A stretch of 64,000 nucleotides of DNA. Source: Candidatus Binataceae bacterium (GTDB taxonomy: Bacteria; Desulfobacterota; Binatia; Binatales; Binataceae). Position numbers and translations under genes: made by a program. The DNA is taken from contig DATDGX010000138.1 in NCBI GenBank assembly GCA_036521875.1, positions 5,875-69,874 on the forward strand, given 5' to 3'. The notes beneath the pieces were generated by a model. That model saw only the letters and a list, made by a program, of their open reading frames with translations. It had not been told where the DNA came from and did not search any database. Position 1 is the stretch's first letter. Each line of letters opens with the position of its first letter. Below are positions 19,391-29,903 of this stretch, piece by piece.

Positions 19391-19771
19391 TTACGCCAGC
19401 GGCTCCAGAACGATGTAGTCGCCTGGCTTTGTCAACCTGGTCGCACTCGTGCCAGCCGGCAGCTCCAGCGCCCGTCGCGCCCCGAACACCATCGACGAGA
19501 CTCGCCAGGGCTTGAGATCGCGATTGACTTTGAGCACGCGCCCCGATCGATCGAGGAATACAATGTCGATCGCGAACCGCATGAAGAACATGTGCATCCA
19601 CATGAACGGGGTGAGCCGTCCCGTCTCGAACAGCATTCCCTCTTCCGGCGCAAGGCCGTCGCGTCCCAGCAGACCGCGGCTTTGCCCGCGAAGGCCGCCC
19701 GCGTCAGTGAGCTTCGCGCACAGTACGGTGCCGCGCGTTTGATTGATCGCACGCCAGAGCTTCGCCATCGC
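19391..19771 (-). CDS. DUF192 domain protein
   Basis: ...MWMHMFFMRFAIDIVFLDRSGRVLKV... is typical of DUF192 (COG1430). ATG 19771 has a GGAGGGGG RBS. A T8 run follows the stop. Confidence 0.6.
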   Translation of the reverse strand, partial: AMAKLWRAINQTRGTVLCAKLTDAGGLRGQSRGLLGRDGLAPEEGMLFETGRLTPFMWMHMFFMRFAIDIVFLDRSGRVLKVNRDLKPWRVSSMVFGARRALELPAGTSATRLTKPGDYIVLEPLA

Positions 19772-19911
19772 CGTCCCCCTCCGCGCGGATTTTGTGCCTC
19801 GACGCACGCGCGATCAATCTTTCTCAACGATCCCCGACGTCGCCTGCGCGACGCGGGCAGCCGCTGTCTCGCGGCGGGCCGCTGTATTAGGATCGCGACA
19901 GCGACAGTCTA

Positions 19912-20598
19912 ATGGGATACCTGCCGATATTTCTCGACGTGTCCGGCCAGCGCTGCATGGTGATCGGCGGCGGCGAGATCGCCGCGCGCAAGGTTGCGAG
20001 CCTGCTCGAAGCCGGCGCTGTCGTCACCGTGATAAGCCCGACGCTGGTGCCGACGCTCGAATCGAGCGCGGCGCGCGGCGCGATCACGCACGAGGCGCGC
20101 GCCTATCGCCTCGGCGACATGAAAGGATTCCTGATCGTCTTCGCGACCACCGACGATCGCGATCTCCAGCGCGCGCTTGCTGCGGAGGCGCGCGAACTTG
20201 GAATCCTGATCAATATCGCCGACGCGTCCGAGCTGTGCACTTTCATTGCGCCGGCGGTGGTTAGCCGCGGAGCGCTTCGGATTGCGATCTCGACTTCGGG
20301 CGCGAGCCCGGCGCTCGCCAGCCGAATCCGCCGCGAGCTGGAGCATCAGTTCGGCGCCGAGTACGCGCGCGCGCTCGATATCCTGCGCGCGGCGCGCCAT
20401 CATCTTCGCGGTTCCGAGCCGCGGATCGAGACGCGAGCGGACAAGCTACGCGCGCTCGCCGATTCCGCATTGCCCGATCACTTAAGGCGCGCCGACTTCG
20501 GCGCGGTCGACCGCATCCTGCGCGAGCATCTGGGCGTCGGCCTCGAAGCCCTCGGCCTGAAGACTGCGGAGTTGAGGACGTCGGGCGCCGCTCATTAG
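19912..20598 (+). CDS. precorrin-2 dehydrogenase / sirohydrochlorin ferrochelatase (SirC/CysG N-domain-like)
   Basis: N-terminal NAD-binding region MGYLPIFLDVSGQRCMVIGGGEIAARKV, which is siroheme synthase N-domain-like. It heads the heme cluster. Confidence 0.75.
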   Translation: MGYLPIFLDVSGQRCMVIGGGEIAARKVASLLEAGAVVTVISPTLVPTLESSAARGAITHEARAYRLGDMKGFLIVFATTDDRDLQRALAAEARELGILINIADASELCTFIAPAVVSRGALRIAISTSGASPALASRIRRELEHQFGAEYARALDILRAARHHLRGSEPRIETRADKLRALADSALPDHLRRADFGAVDRILREHLGVGLEALGLKTAELRTSGAAH

Positions 20599-20632
20599 AT
20601 TCGGCGCTGCAAATTTGACTTAGTCGATTCCG

Positions 20633-21460
20633 ATGGAAACGTTTTGGCTGATGCCCGCCCTGGTCTGCTACGCGGTTTCCGCCGCGATGTTCGTGGTCGA
20701 GCGCGCGCGCGGCAAATCGCAGATGGTCGGCTACGCGGCGGCGGTGCTCGCGCTGGGCGCGGTGTTCCATGCTTTTGATCTAACCGCACGCGGATTGCAG
20801 GCGGGCAATATTCCGGTCGCCAACTTCGCGGAATCGCTTTCCTTTCTCGCGTGGCTTACCGCGCTGGCAGGGCTGGTGCTGATCGTACGTCGGCACATGG
20901 CGGTAATCGGCGCATTCGTCGCTCCCGCAGCGACGTTTGCGCTCGGCGCCTCCTCGCTTACGATGCGCGGCGGCCATCTGGTCCTGCCCCCGACGCTGCG
21001 CAGCATCTGGCTTCCGATCCACGTGACGCTGGCGTTTTTCGGCTATGCGATGTTCGTGCTCGCGGCAATCGTGAGCCTTGTCTATTTGGTCAACGAGAAG
21101 CGGCTCAAGGCCAAGCGCCCGATGGGTCCCGCGCAAGAGCGCGCACCGAGCCTCGAGAAACTCGACCGGATCAATTATCACCTGCTCGGCTGGGGCTTCG
21201 CGATGCTGAGTCTGGCGATCTTGAGCGGCGCGATTTGGGCCGACGCGACCTGGGGGCACTTCTGGTCATGGGAGCCGAAGGAGTCGTGGTCGCTCGCAAT
21301 CTGGGTGCTCTATGCGGGCCTGCTCGAGTCGCGGCTGGCGGCCGGATGGCGCGGCCGGCGCGCGGCCGCTTTGACCATCGTCGTGTTCACAGTTCTGATC
21401 GGTTCGTTCGTCGGCGTGAGCCTGATCTTTCCCGGCAAACACGGAGGCAGCTTCGGCTAG
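20633..21460 (+). CDS. CcsA/ResC-family cytochrome c assembly-like membrane protein (HemX-like)
   Basis: Polytopic membrane protein with the W-rich heme-handling motif GHFWSWEPKESW, located immediately upstream of hemA. Confidence 0.7.
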   Translation: METFWLMPALVCYAVSAAMFVVERARGKSQMVGYAAAVLALGAVFHAFDLTARGLQAGNIPVANFAESLSFLAWLTALAGLVLIVRRHMAVIGAFVAPAATFALGASSLTMRGGHLVLPPTLRSIWLPIHVTLAFFGYAMFVLAAIVSLVYLVNEKRLKAKRPMGPAQERAPSLEKLDRINYHLLGWGFAMLSLAILSGAIWADATWGHFWSWEPKESWSLAIWVLYAGLLESRLAAGWRGRRAAALTIVVFTVLIGSFVGVSLIFPGKHGGSFG

Positions 21461-21464
21461 GGCG

Positions 21465-22844
21465 ATGGAGCAGACGCTGTTCATTGTGGGCGTGAACCAT
21501 CGCACGGCAGCGGTCTCGGTGCGCGAGCGTCTCGCTTTTGCAGAGGACGAATTCGTACTCGCGCTGCGCCGTCTTAAGGAGCGCGCGCCCGCGGTTGCGG
21601 AGTGTGCGCTGCTCTCCACCTGCAACCGGGTCGAGTTCGTCGCAGTCGCGCCTGATCCGATTCGCGCCGCTGGCGAGATCGTACAGTTCGTCGGCGCCGA
21701 TCGCCGCGTCGAGCCGTCCGCGTTCGGCGACGCGCTCTACCGCTTCGAGGGCCGCGAAGCGGCGCGCCATCTGTTCCGCGTCGCCGCGAGCCTCGACTCG
21801 ATGGTGGTCGGCGAGCCGCAAATTCTGGGACAGGTGAAGCTCGCCTACGCGCAGGCGGCCGAGGCCGGCACCGTCGGCCTGGTGCTGCATCGCGCATTTC
21901 ACAAAGCCTTCTCGGTCGCAAAGCGGGTGCGCAGAGCGACGCTCATCGGCCACGGCTCGGTCTCGGTGAGTTCGGCTGCGGTTGCGCTCGCCAATCAAAT
22001 TTTCGACACTCTCAGCGACAAGACCGTGATGCTGATGGGAGCGGGCAAGATGGCGGAGCTGACCGCGCGCCAGCTGAAGACCATCGGAATCGAGTCGCTG
22101 CTGATCACTTCGCGCACCTTCGACCGCGCTGTCGCGCTCGCACGCGAGCTCGGCGGCACCGCGGTGCCGTTCGAAAGCTACAAGCCGTATTTGCGGATCG
22201 CCGACGTCGTGATCGGTTCGGTTGCCGCGACCAGACCAATCCTCGGGCCTGACGACTTCGACCCCGTGATGCGCGAGCGCCGCTACCGCGCGATGTTTCT
22301 GATCGACCTCGGCGTGCCGCGCAACTTCGACGAGCGGCTGAACGCGCTCGAAAACGTCTACCTCTACGACATCGACGATCTCGGCAAGGCCGTCGAGCAG
22401 TCGCTCGGCGAGCGCGAACACGAAGCCGAAAAGGCCGAGGAGATTGTCGAGCTTGAGATCGAAGCGTTCTCACGATGGATGGCGGGCCTCGACCTGGTGC
22501 CGACCATCAAGGACATCCGCTACAGTATCGAGCGCCTGCGAGAAGCTGAGCTGGGACGCCAACGCGGATGGCTCTCCGCGCTCGATCCCGCCGAGCGTGC
22601 GCGCGTCGAGCTGCTCACCCGCAGTCTTACCAACAAGTTGCTGCACCGAATTCTCGCCGGGCTGAGAAAAGGTGGCGGAGGCTCGCCGGATGCCGCCTAC
22701 GCGGCGGAGATCGCGCGCCGTCTCCTGGTCGGCGAGTTCGCCGTCGGCGACGAGTTGGACGACGAGTTGCTGTTGGACGATGAATTGAACGGCATCGACG
22801 GCGACCTCGATGAGGGTGACGACGACGGCGAGGCAGAGCGTTGA
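21465..22844 (+). CDS. hemA: glutamyl-tRNA reductase
   Basis: Starts MEQTLFIVGVNHRTAAVSVRERLAF and contains the STCNR active-site Cys region. It ends in an acidic C-terminal tail. Confidence 0.9.
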   Translation: MEQTLFIVGVNHRTAAVSVRERLAFAEDEFVLALRRLKERAPAVAECALLSTCNRVEFVAVAPDPIRAAGEIVQFVGADRRVEPSAFGDALYRFEGREAARHLFRVAASLDSMVVGEPQILGQVKLAYAQAAEAGTVGLVLHRAFHKAFSVAKRVRRATLIGHGSVSVSSAAVALANQIFDTLSDKTVMLMGAGKMAELTARQLKTIGIESLLITSRTFDRAVALARELGGTAVPFESYKPYLRIADVVIGSVAATRPILGPDDFDPVMRERRYRAMFLIDLGVPRNFDERLNALENVYLYDIDDLGKAVEQSLGEREHEAEKAEEIVELEIEAFSRWMAGLDLVPTIKDIRYSIERLREAELGRQRGWLSALDPAERARVELLTRSLTNKLLHRILAGLRKGGGGSPDAAYAAEIARRLLVGEFAVGDELDDELLLDDELNGIDGDLDEGDDDGEAER

Positions 22845-22881
22845 ACGCACGCGCGTATCGCCGCCGACGGCTGCAGCCCTG

Positions 22882-23865
22882 ATGGCAACAGCTCTTAAGA
22901 TAGGTTCGCGTCCCAGCCAGCTCGCGCTGGCGCAGGCCGCGATCGTGCGTGAGCGGCTGATTGCGGTGATGCCGGGGCTGCAGACTGAAATTGTCGAAAT
23001 CAGGACCAGCGGCGATCGGATGACCTCGGCGTCGCTCGCCAGCGTCGGCGGCAAGGGCCTCTTCATCAAAGAGCTCGAGCAGGCCTTGGCGGAGCATCGC
23101 GTCGACCTAGCAGTCCATTCGATGAAAGATCTTCCGGCCGAGCTCGCGCCGGAGTATCGAATCGCCGCGGTGCCGGAACGCGCGGACGCGCGCGATGCGA
23201 TCGTGTCGCGCGACGGCCTCGCGCTCGAAAAGCTGCCGCCCGGCGCGCGCGTCGGGACCTCGTCGATACGCCGCCAATTCCAGGCGTTGAAAGTCAACCC
23301 GCACATCGCGATTTCGCCACTGCGCGGCAACGTCGACACGCGGCTCAAGCGCGTCACCGACGGCGAGCTCGACGCGGTGATTATCGCGATCGCCGGCATT
23401 CGGCGGCTATGGCGCGGAGCCGATGTAAAGCGCGGAGCCGATATAAAAGTAGTCGAGCTCGACGAGCGCGACTTCATCCCGGCCGGCGGGCAGGGCGCGC
23501 TCGCCGTCGAGACTCTGGCTGGCGCGGCGCCGGGACGCTCGGGCGATCTCGAGCGCGCGCTGGCCGCGATTGACGATCCGATTGCGCACTGCGAGACCGC
23601 GGCCGAGCGTGCATTCCTTGCGACCATCGGCGCGTCGTGTCTGACGCCGGTCGGGGTCAGGGCGACACAGGTTGACAACCTGCTGACGATTCGCGCGATT
23701 CTGTTCAGCGCCGACGGTTTGCGCGAGCTGAATGAATCTGTCGAGGAGCCGCTCGCAGCTCCGCTCGATACCGAGCTCGCGCGCGCGGCCGCTTCCAGAG
23801 CGGGCGAGCGGCTCGGCCAGCGTATGCTCGCGCGCGGCGCGCGCGCTCTCATCGGCGATGAGTGA
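22882..23865 (+). CDS. hemC: hydroxymethylbilane synthase (porphobilinogen deaminase)
   Basis: IGSRPSQLALAQAAIVRERL... with a C-terminal cofactor Cys region. Start taken at ATG 22882. Confidence 0.9.
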   Translation: MATALKIGSRPSQLALAQAAIVRERLIAVMPGLQTEIVEIRTSGDRMTSASLASVGGKGLFIKELEQALAEHRVDLAVHSMKDLPAELAPEYRIAAVPERADARDAIVSRDGLALEKLPPGARVGTSSIRRQFQALKVNPHIAISPLRGNVDTRLKRVTDGELDAVIIAIAGIRRLWRGADVKRGADIKVVELDERDFIPAGGQGALAVETLAGAAPGRSGDLERALAAIDDPIAHCETAAERAFLATIGASCLTPVGVRATQVDNLLTIRAILFSADGLRELNESVEEPLAAPLDTELARAAASRAGERLGQRMLARGARALIGDE

Positions 23866-25426
23866 GCGCGAGGGCAGGGTCTTCCTGGTCGGCGCCGGTC
23901 CTGGCGCCGCCGATTTGATCACGATGCGCGCGGTTGACAGCCTGGAGCGCGCCGACACCGTGGTTTACGACGCGCTAGTAAATCCCGACTTGCTGCGCTT
24001 CGCGCCCAATGGCGCTGAGTTGATTTTTGCCGGCAAACGCGGTGGCGGCGGCCGCGCTTTTGAGCAGGATGATCTCAGCCAGATTCTGGTCGAGCGCGCG
24101 CGGCGCGGCGAAATCGTGGTCCGGCTCAAAGGCGGCGACCCGTTTATCTTCGGCCGCGGCGGCGAGGAGGCTGAAGCGCTCGCGGCGGCAAATGTCGCGT
24201 TTGAAATCGTGCCGGGCGTGACCTCCGCAATCGCCGGGCCGGCGTTCGCGGGAATTCCGGTGACCCATCGCGAGCGCGGTTCCTTCGTTGCGTTCGTAAC
24301 CGCGCACGAGGACGAGAGCAACGCGGCTCGCCCCGCAACGCCGTGGAAAGAGCTGGCCGCGGCCGCCCGCGGACGCGGCACGCTCGTGATTCTGATGGCA
24401 TCGGCGCGGATGCGCGCGGCGCTCGAGCGTCTCGAGCAAGCGGGGCTTCCCGCCGCGACTCCGGCCGCCGCCGTGCAATGGGCAACCACCGCGGCGCAGA
24501 AGACGGTGCGCGGGACAATTGAAACCCTTGCCGAGCGATGCGAACGCGCGGAGCTTGGCGCGCCTGCCGTGATCGTGGTGGGCGAGTGTGCCGGCCTGGG
24601 CGAGTATCTCCGCTGGTATGAGCGGATGCCGTTGTTCGGGCGGCGAATCGTGGTCACGCGCACTCGCTCGCACGCGTCGGGATTTGCCCGCGACCTGCGC
24701 CGGCTCGGCGCCGAGGCGATCGAGTTTCCCACTATCGATACCGTGCCGCCGACCAGCTATACCGCGATCGACCGCGCGCTCGCGCGCCTAGCGGATTTCG
24801 ACTGGATAATTTTCACCAGCGCCACCGGCGTCGAGGGTTTCATCGCGCGGCTCAAAGCGCTCGGCCGCGATATCCGCGCGATCGGAAGCGCGAAGCTCGC
24901 CGCGATCGGTCCCGCGACGGCAGCCCGCCTTGGCGACTACGCGCTCCACGTCGATGCGATGCCCACCGAGTTCCGCGCCGAGGCGATCGTCCCCGCGATC
25001 GGTGACGAGCGAATCCGCGGCGCGCGCTTCCTGATCCCGCGCGCCGAGGTCGCGCGCGAAGCGCTGCCGGAACTGCTGCGCATCAAGGGCGCGCGCGAAG
25101 TCGTGGTCGCGCCCGCCTATCGCACCGTCAAGCCGCAAGGCGCCGCCGTCGAGCGCATCCGCGAGCTCGTCGCGTCGGGATCGATAGACATGGTGACGTT
25201 CACCAGCTCGAGCACGGTCACCAATTTCTACGAGCTGGCCGGCGCGAGCGCCGCGGGCCTGAAAGCGGCGGCGATCGGTCCTATCACCGCGAAGACCGCG
25301 GCAGAGCTCGGCTTCGAGGTGGTGGTGAAGCCGGCGCAATATACGATTGCCGCGCTGACTGCCGCGATCCGCGACCATTTCTCCGCGGAAGTCGCACGGA
25401 ACGTGGCCCCGAGCGGGGCTTCTTAA
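23858..25426 (+). CDS. cobA-hemD: bifunctional uroporphyrinogen-III C-methyltransferase / uroporphyrinogen-III synthase (CobA-HemD fusion)
   Basis: N-terminal SUMT domain (VFLVGAGPGAADLITMRAVDSLERADTVVYDALV) and a C-terminal HemD-like domain. The start overlaps the hemC stop by 8 nt. Confidence 0.85.
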   Translation: MSEREGRVFLVGAGPGAADLITMRAVDSLERADTVVYDALVNPDLLRFAPNGAELIFAGKRGGGGRAFEQDDLSQILVERARRGEIVVRLKGGDPFIFGRGGEEAEALAAANVAFEIVPGVTSAIAGPAFAGIPVTHRERGSFVAFVTAHEDESNAARPATPWKELAAAARGRGTLVILMASARMRAALERLEQAGLPAATPAAAVQWATTAAQKTVRGTIETLAERCERAELGAPAVIVVGECAGLGEYLRWYERMPLFGRRIVVTRTRSHASGFARDLRRLGAEAIEFPTIDTVPPTSYTAIDRALARLADFDWIIFTSATGVEGFIARLKALGRDIRAIGSAKLAAIGPATAARLGDYALHVDAMPTEFRAEAIVPAIGDERIRGARFLIPRAEVAREALPELLRIKGAREVVVAPAYRTVKPQGAAVERIRELVASGSIDMVTFTSSSTVTNFYELAGASAAGLKAAAIGPITAKTAAELGFEVVVKPAQYTIAALTAAIRDHFSAEVARNVAPSGAS

Positions 25427-25475
25427 CTTCACCAGCCGCTATATATAATCAGCGCATGCGGATGGTTCTCTGCTG

Positions 25476-26450
25476 ATGGCATTTCCGGTTAATCGGCCGC
25501 GGCGCTTGCGCCGCACCGAATCGCTCCGCCGGATGGTGCGCGAGACGTTGCTCGTCCCCGAGGATCTGATCCAGCCGATGTTCGTGTGTCCGGGGCGCGA
25601 CGTGAAGCGGCCGATCGAGTCGATGCCGGGTGTGGCGCAGATGTCGGTCGACAATATCGTCGCCGAGGCGCGCGACACGTTCGCCGCCGGAGTGCCGGCG
25701 GTGATCCTGTTCGGAATTCCCGCGCGCAAAGACGCTCAGGGCAGCGAGGCGTGGACCGACGACGGCGAGGTGCAGCGCGCGGTCCGCGAAATCAAGGAGC
25801 GGGTGCCGGGGCTGGTGGTCATTACCGACGTGTGCCTGTGCGAGTATACCGATCACGGCCATTGCGGTGTGATCGCGGGCGGCGACGTCGACAACGACGC
25901 GACGCTCGAGCTGCTTGCGCGCGAGGCGCTTTCGCACGCGCGCGCCGGCGCCGATATCGTGGCGCCGTCCGACATGATGGACGGGAGGGTCGGCGAGATT
26001 CGCGAAGCGCTCGACGAGGACGGTTTCTCGCAAATCGCGATCATGGCGTACTCGGCGAAATTCGCATCCGCGTTCTACGGACCGTTCCGCGAGGCCGCGC
26101 AGTCGACGCCCAAGTTCGGTGACCGGCGCTCCTACCAGATGGACCCGCCCAACGGCGACGAGGCGATTCATGAAGTCGCGCTGGATTTGGAAGAAGGCGC
26201 GGACATCGTGATGGTGAAGCCGGCGCTCGCGTATCTCGACCTCATCTATCGCGTCAAGCGCGAGTTCGGCGTGCCGGTCGCGGCTTACAACGTGTCGGGC
26301 GAGTACTCGATGATCCGCGCGGCGGGAATCAACGGATGGATCGACGAGGAGCGCGCCACGATGGAAGTGCTGACCTCGATCAAGCGCGCCGGCGCCGATC
26401 TGATCCTCACTTATTTCGCCAAAGACGTCGCGCGCAAACTGCGTCCGTAG
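25476..26450 (+). CDS. hemB: porphobilinogen synthase (delta-aminolevulinate dehydratase)
   Basis: Starts [26 protein letters not shown], a classic HemB N-terminus, and contains active-site Lys regions. Confidence 0.9.
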   Translation: MAFPVNRPRRLRRTESLRRMVRETLLVPEDLIQPMFVCPGRDVKRPIESMPGVAQMSVDNIVAEARDTFAAGVPAVILFGIPARKDAQGSEAWTDDGEVQRAVREIKERVPGLVVITDVCLCEYTDHGHCGVIAGGDVDNDATLELLAREALSHARAGADIVAPSDMMDGRVGEIREALDEDGFSQIAIMAYSAKFASAFYGPFREAAQSTPKFGDRRSYQMDPPNGDEAIHEVALDLEEGADIVMVKPALAYLDLIYRVKREFGVPVAAYNVSGEYSMIRAAGINGWIDEERATMEVLTSIKRAGADLILTYFAKDVARKLRP

Positions 26451-26702
26451 TCTCCGCGCTCCTTCCGTGGTCCCGAGCAAAGGGTCTGAGCAGGCGATCG
26501 TGGTGGCTACGGTGGGTGCACGCGACCTGAGCGGCTACCCCATAGGGGTGAGCTTGCGCGCGTCGAGATAGGATCTCACCGCCGTAGCGCTGCCTTCAGG
26601 ATTCGCCAGGGCCACGTAGCCATCGGGTCGCACGAGGTAGACGGCATTGCGCCGCAGGCCGGTCCGACCCGTCTCCGGACGCCATGGAAAGACGTGCAGC
26701 GG

Positions 26703-28088
26703 CTATTTTCGCGCATCGCACACCGCCCGGAGCTCGGGCGCCGCGTCGCCGTACACGTGGACCTGCCAGTCCAGCGAAGTCAGTGGCGTGAAGTTGTTCT
26801 CGTCGCCGCGGTTCAAATCCGTCTTCACCCATGGCAAACGGTCGCCGCCGTGAACCGTTCCCGCGCGCCCCTCGCTCAAGCTGCTTCCACGGTAGTTAAC
26901 CGCCGTCTGTGAGACCGTGCGAAACAGGAAGCGTCGCACGGCCGCGAACTTGAAAAGGGCTGGGAACAAGAGCGGCACGAGGTCCAGTCGTACTAGCCGG
27001 GCGAGCGCTCCGCGGCTGGTCACTCCTGTGAAGGCCTGATCGGTCGTCGCGACCAGGCGCCGGGCAAAGGCGATTCGTTCCGGCTCGTAGCTGTCCAGGA
27101 GCGACGCGTTCGCACGCCCGTGCAGGACGGCGGCGAGTTTCCAGGCGAGGTTCACCGCGTCGCCGATGCCGGTGTTCATGCCCTGTCCACCCACGGGACT
27201 GTGGATGTGTGCGGCGTCGCCGAGCAGGAACGCACAACCCTTGCGGAAATGATCGGCGACCCGATGGTGCACGCGGTAGGTCGAGAACCAGTTTACGCGC
27301 TGGACGTCGATACGCATCCACTCGACCACGCGCTTGCTCACGTCGTCCCACGACAGGTTCTCAAGCTGGTGTTCGGCTTCCTCGCGCATGGTGCCGATGA
27401 GCCGCGCGCGCCCGTCGCCCTTCAACGGGAAGACGGCGAGAAAATCGGTGGTGTCCAGCGCGACATGCAGCTCGCCGTTCATCGTCGCTCCACCCGCTTC
27501 CACGTCGGCGACATAAAAGAGGTGGGCGTACGCCCCGCCCGGGAAGCCGATGTGCAGCGCCTCGCGCACGGTGGAATGTGCGCCGTCACACCCGGCAAGG
27601 TAGGTTGCCTCGCACGCCTCCCGGGCTCCGTCGGGCCGTTTCAGGTTCGCGAGCACACGACCGGCCGCATCCTCGAAGCTCGCCAACTCCGCCCCGCGCT
27701 CGACCTCGACGCCGGACTCGGCCAGGCGATCGACTAACAAACGCTCGTGCTCGTCCTGCGGAAAGATCAACGCGTATGGGAACGGGCTGAGTCCTGCGCC
27801 CATGTAGCCGAAAACGGCGCGTGCGGCCTGCTTGCCGGATACCCAGAGATTCGCGGCGACGACCTTCCGTCCATGTTCGACGACCGCCTCCGCGAGGCCG
27901 ATCTGGCTGTACAGCTCGAGCGTGCGTGCCTGCACTGCAAGCGCGCGCGAGGTCGTCCCCGGCTCTCCCGTTTTGTCGACGATCCTCACGCGCACGCCCA
28001 GCCGTGTCAGCCACAGGGCCAACACCAGGCCGGTCGGCCCCGCGCCGACGATGAGGACGTCGGTGTCGTGAATCGACGATGAACTCAT
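26703..28088 (-). CDS. FAD-dependent aromatic-ring monooxygenase (PheA/TfdB-like)
   Basis: VLIVGAGPTGLVLALWL (GxGxxG) plus a GD motif GDAAHIHSPVGGQGMNTGIGDA. Confidence 0.85.
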   Translation of the reverse strand: MSSSSIHDTDVLIVGAGPTGLVLALWLTRLGVRVRIVDKTGEPGTTSRALAVQARTLELYSQIGLAEAVVEHGRKVVAANLWVSGKQAARAVFGYMGAGLSPFPYALIFPQDEHERLLVDRLAESGVEVERGAELASFEDAAGRVLANLKRPDGAREACEATYLAGCDGAHSTVREALHIGFPGGAYAHLFYVADVEAGGATMNGELHVALDTTDFLAVFPLKGDGRARLIGTMREEAEHQLENLSWDDVSKRVVEWMRIDVQRVNWFSTYRVHHRVADHFRKGCAFLLGDAAHIHSPVGGQGMNTGIGDAVNLAWKLAAVLHGRANASLLDSYEPERIAFARRLVATTDQAFTGVTSRGALARLVRLDLVPLLFPALFKFAAVRRFLFRTVSQTAVNYRGSSLSEGRAGTVHGGDRLPWVKTDLNRGDENNFTPLTSLDWQVHVYGDAAPELRAVCDARK

Positions 28089-28157
28089 CGCCTTAAATCG
28101 TTTTCAATCAAATCGCGTAGCTGCGGTTGTTTCGGCACGATCCGGATCGCCATAAAT

Positions 28158-28925
28158 TCAACTGGCGGGCTTGGGGCGGAGGTGCGCTTCGTACCATGGG
28201 CGCATCGCGCGCAACGAGCGCATCTGATGATACGCGAGTTCGTCGTCCGGGTAGCGATGCTCCGGGCCGAGCACGCAGCCCGCCCGCGCGTGGCATCGCG
28301 GCGCGCAATCCGGCTCGACCTCGACGCGATGCTGCAGGCACTTGGGAATGTCCCATCCGGCCGGGAAGCTCACCGCGCCAACCGGACAGGCCGGCATGCA
28401 GGAGCGCACGGTGCAGCTCGGACACGGATCGAAACCGAGGCCGTCGCCGGGTGCGTCGATCAGTTCGTCAATCAGCAGCGCCGCGCGAAACGCGATCCAC
28501 GGCCCGTAGACCGGATGCACGACCACGCCGAGGATGCTGGGTCCGGCGAGCCCCGCAGCCTTGCCCAGCTCGATAAAGTTCAAGGTGCGGCCGACTGGCG
28601 AGAACGGATAGATGATTTCGCATCGCGCGCCGGCCGCGACGGCGGCGGGCGCCGCATCGCGCTCGATTACTTCCCGCGTGAAGTCGTCGAGCGGATGCTC
28701 GCGATTCCACCATCCGGGATGCAGCTCCGCGTGGTGCTTGAGTGCGTTCCAGAACGCACTGCCGCCATTGGCGATCACGACGATCGATCGCGCCCACGGC
28801 ACCATCGCGGCGGCGCGCATCGGCGGCGATGCCGAATCGTCGTAGCGCGCGACGGGAATCGCGGCGACCAGGTTCAGGCCCTGCGATGCGACCGCGGCGC
28901 GAATCGATTGAAGCGTGGTGCTCAC
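28158..28925 (-). CDS. 4Fe-4S cluster-binding protein (possibly QueG/DUF1730-related, uncertain)
   Basis: Has a CPSCTVRSCMPACP ferredoxin-like cysteine cluster and a second Cys cluster. The N-terminal ~150 aa have no recognisable motif. Confidence 0.45.
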   Translation of the reverse strand: MSTTLQSIRAAVASQGLNLVAAIPVARYDDSASPPMRAAAMVPWARSIVVIANGGSAFWNALKHHAELHPGWWNREHPLDDFTREVIERDAAPAAVAAGARCEIIYPFSPVGRTLNFIELGKAAGLAGPSILGVVVHPVYGPWIAFRAALLIDELIDAPGDGLGFDPCPSCTVRSCMPACPVGAVSFPAGWDIPKCLQHRVEVEPDCAPRCHARAGCVLGPEHRYPDDELAYHQMRSLRAMRPWYEAHLRPKPAS

Positions 28926-28988
28926 GAAATCATCTTATTCGCGGTAATGAGGAACTCCGATAACGACTGCGCGATTTTGCAAATCACG

Positions 28989-29399
28989 CTATGCGATTTT
29001 GTAGGTGACCAGCGCGTCGGCGACCAGCGCGCCGGAGTCGTCGCGGATTTCCACCGTGAGGCTCGCGATACGGTTGCCCTTGCGCCGCACCGCCGCGCGC
29101 GCTGCCAGGCCGGTTTTCACGGCGAAGCCCGCGTAGTTCACCGTCATCGAGATAGTCGCGCTGCGCGAGGTCTCCGCGAGACTCCACACCGCGGCGCACG
29201 CGGCAAAATCGGCGAGCGACGCGACCGCGCCACCATGAATCGGAGCCCCGGGGCCGCCGTCGTTGAGCGCCATCAGATGATACGGCATCCGCGCGACGGC
29301 GACGCCGTCCTGCGCTGATTCGATCTTCAGTCCCAGGGCGACGGCGAACGGCGCTTTCTCGAGCGATTCGATTGCGGGACTGCGATTGGGAGCGGCCAT
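28989..29399 (-). CDS. PaaI-family hotdog-fold thioesterase
   Basis: Has the HGGAVASLAD motif and is about 136 aa long. Confidence 0.75.
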   Translation of the reverse strand: MAAPNRSPAIESLEKAPFAVALGLKIESAQDGVAVARMPYHLMALNDGGPGAPIHGGAVASLADFAACAAVWSLAETSRSATISMTVNYAGFAVKTGLAARAAVRRKGNRIASLTVEIRDDSGALVADALVTYKIA

Positions 29400-29425
29400 G
29401 GGTGATTTTTAATCGGCGGGTTCTT

Positions 29426-29902
29426 TTATTTCGCTCGTGAGCGCGAGTCCATCAGGCGTAGCGCAGTCGCGACCGCATCGTGGGGCGTCGCGGCGCGCTC
29501 CAGCTCTTTGATTTCGTGCCACGAGTTGAGCGCGACGATCGGCCGCTTGAGCTTCAGCGCAAATCCGATTTCCGCGAGCGTGCCGCCTTCTCCGGCGAGC
29601 GCGATTACCGCGTCGGCGCTGGCCACCACGATCGCATTGCGCGCCTCGCCCATTCCGGTTGCGATCGCGAATTCGATGTGCGGATTCGCGGCGCCGAGGT
29701 CGTAGCCCGGCAGAACACCGATGGTGTGGCCGCCCGCCGCGCGCGCGCCCGCCGCCGCCGCTTGCATCACGCCGCCGAGGCCGCCGTTGACCAGCACAGC
29801 GCCCGCACGAGCCACCTCGCGGCCGACTTCGAACGCGGCGTCGCAGACTTCTTTGGGCGCGTCGCCGGCGCCGATGACGGTGATGGTGCGCGCGCGAGCC
29901 AT
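29426..29902 (-). CDS. TIGR00725/LOG-like Rossmann-fold protein
   Basis: TVIGAGDAP...VLVNGGLGGVMQAAAAGA...GEGGTLAEIGFAL matches the LOG/DprA-like SLOG pattern. Confidence 0.6.
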   Translation of the reverse strand: MARARTITVIGAGDAPKEVCDAAFEVGREVARAGAVLVNGGLGGVMQAAAAGARAAGGHTIGVLPGYDLGAANPHIEFAIATGMGEARNAIVVASADAVIALAGEGGTLAEIGFALKLKRPIVALNSWHEIKELERAATPHDAVATALRLMDSRSRAK

Positions 29903-29903
29903 G

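Noticed and set aside
9096-19400. tRNA-Asn-anchored integrative element carrying the Tad locus
   Set aside because: No integrase, excisionase or direct repeat of the tRNA 3' end was found in the window. It is kept only as a weak note inside the Tad finding.
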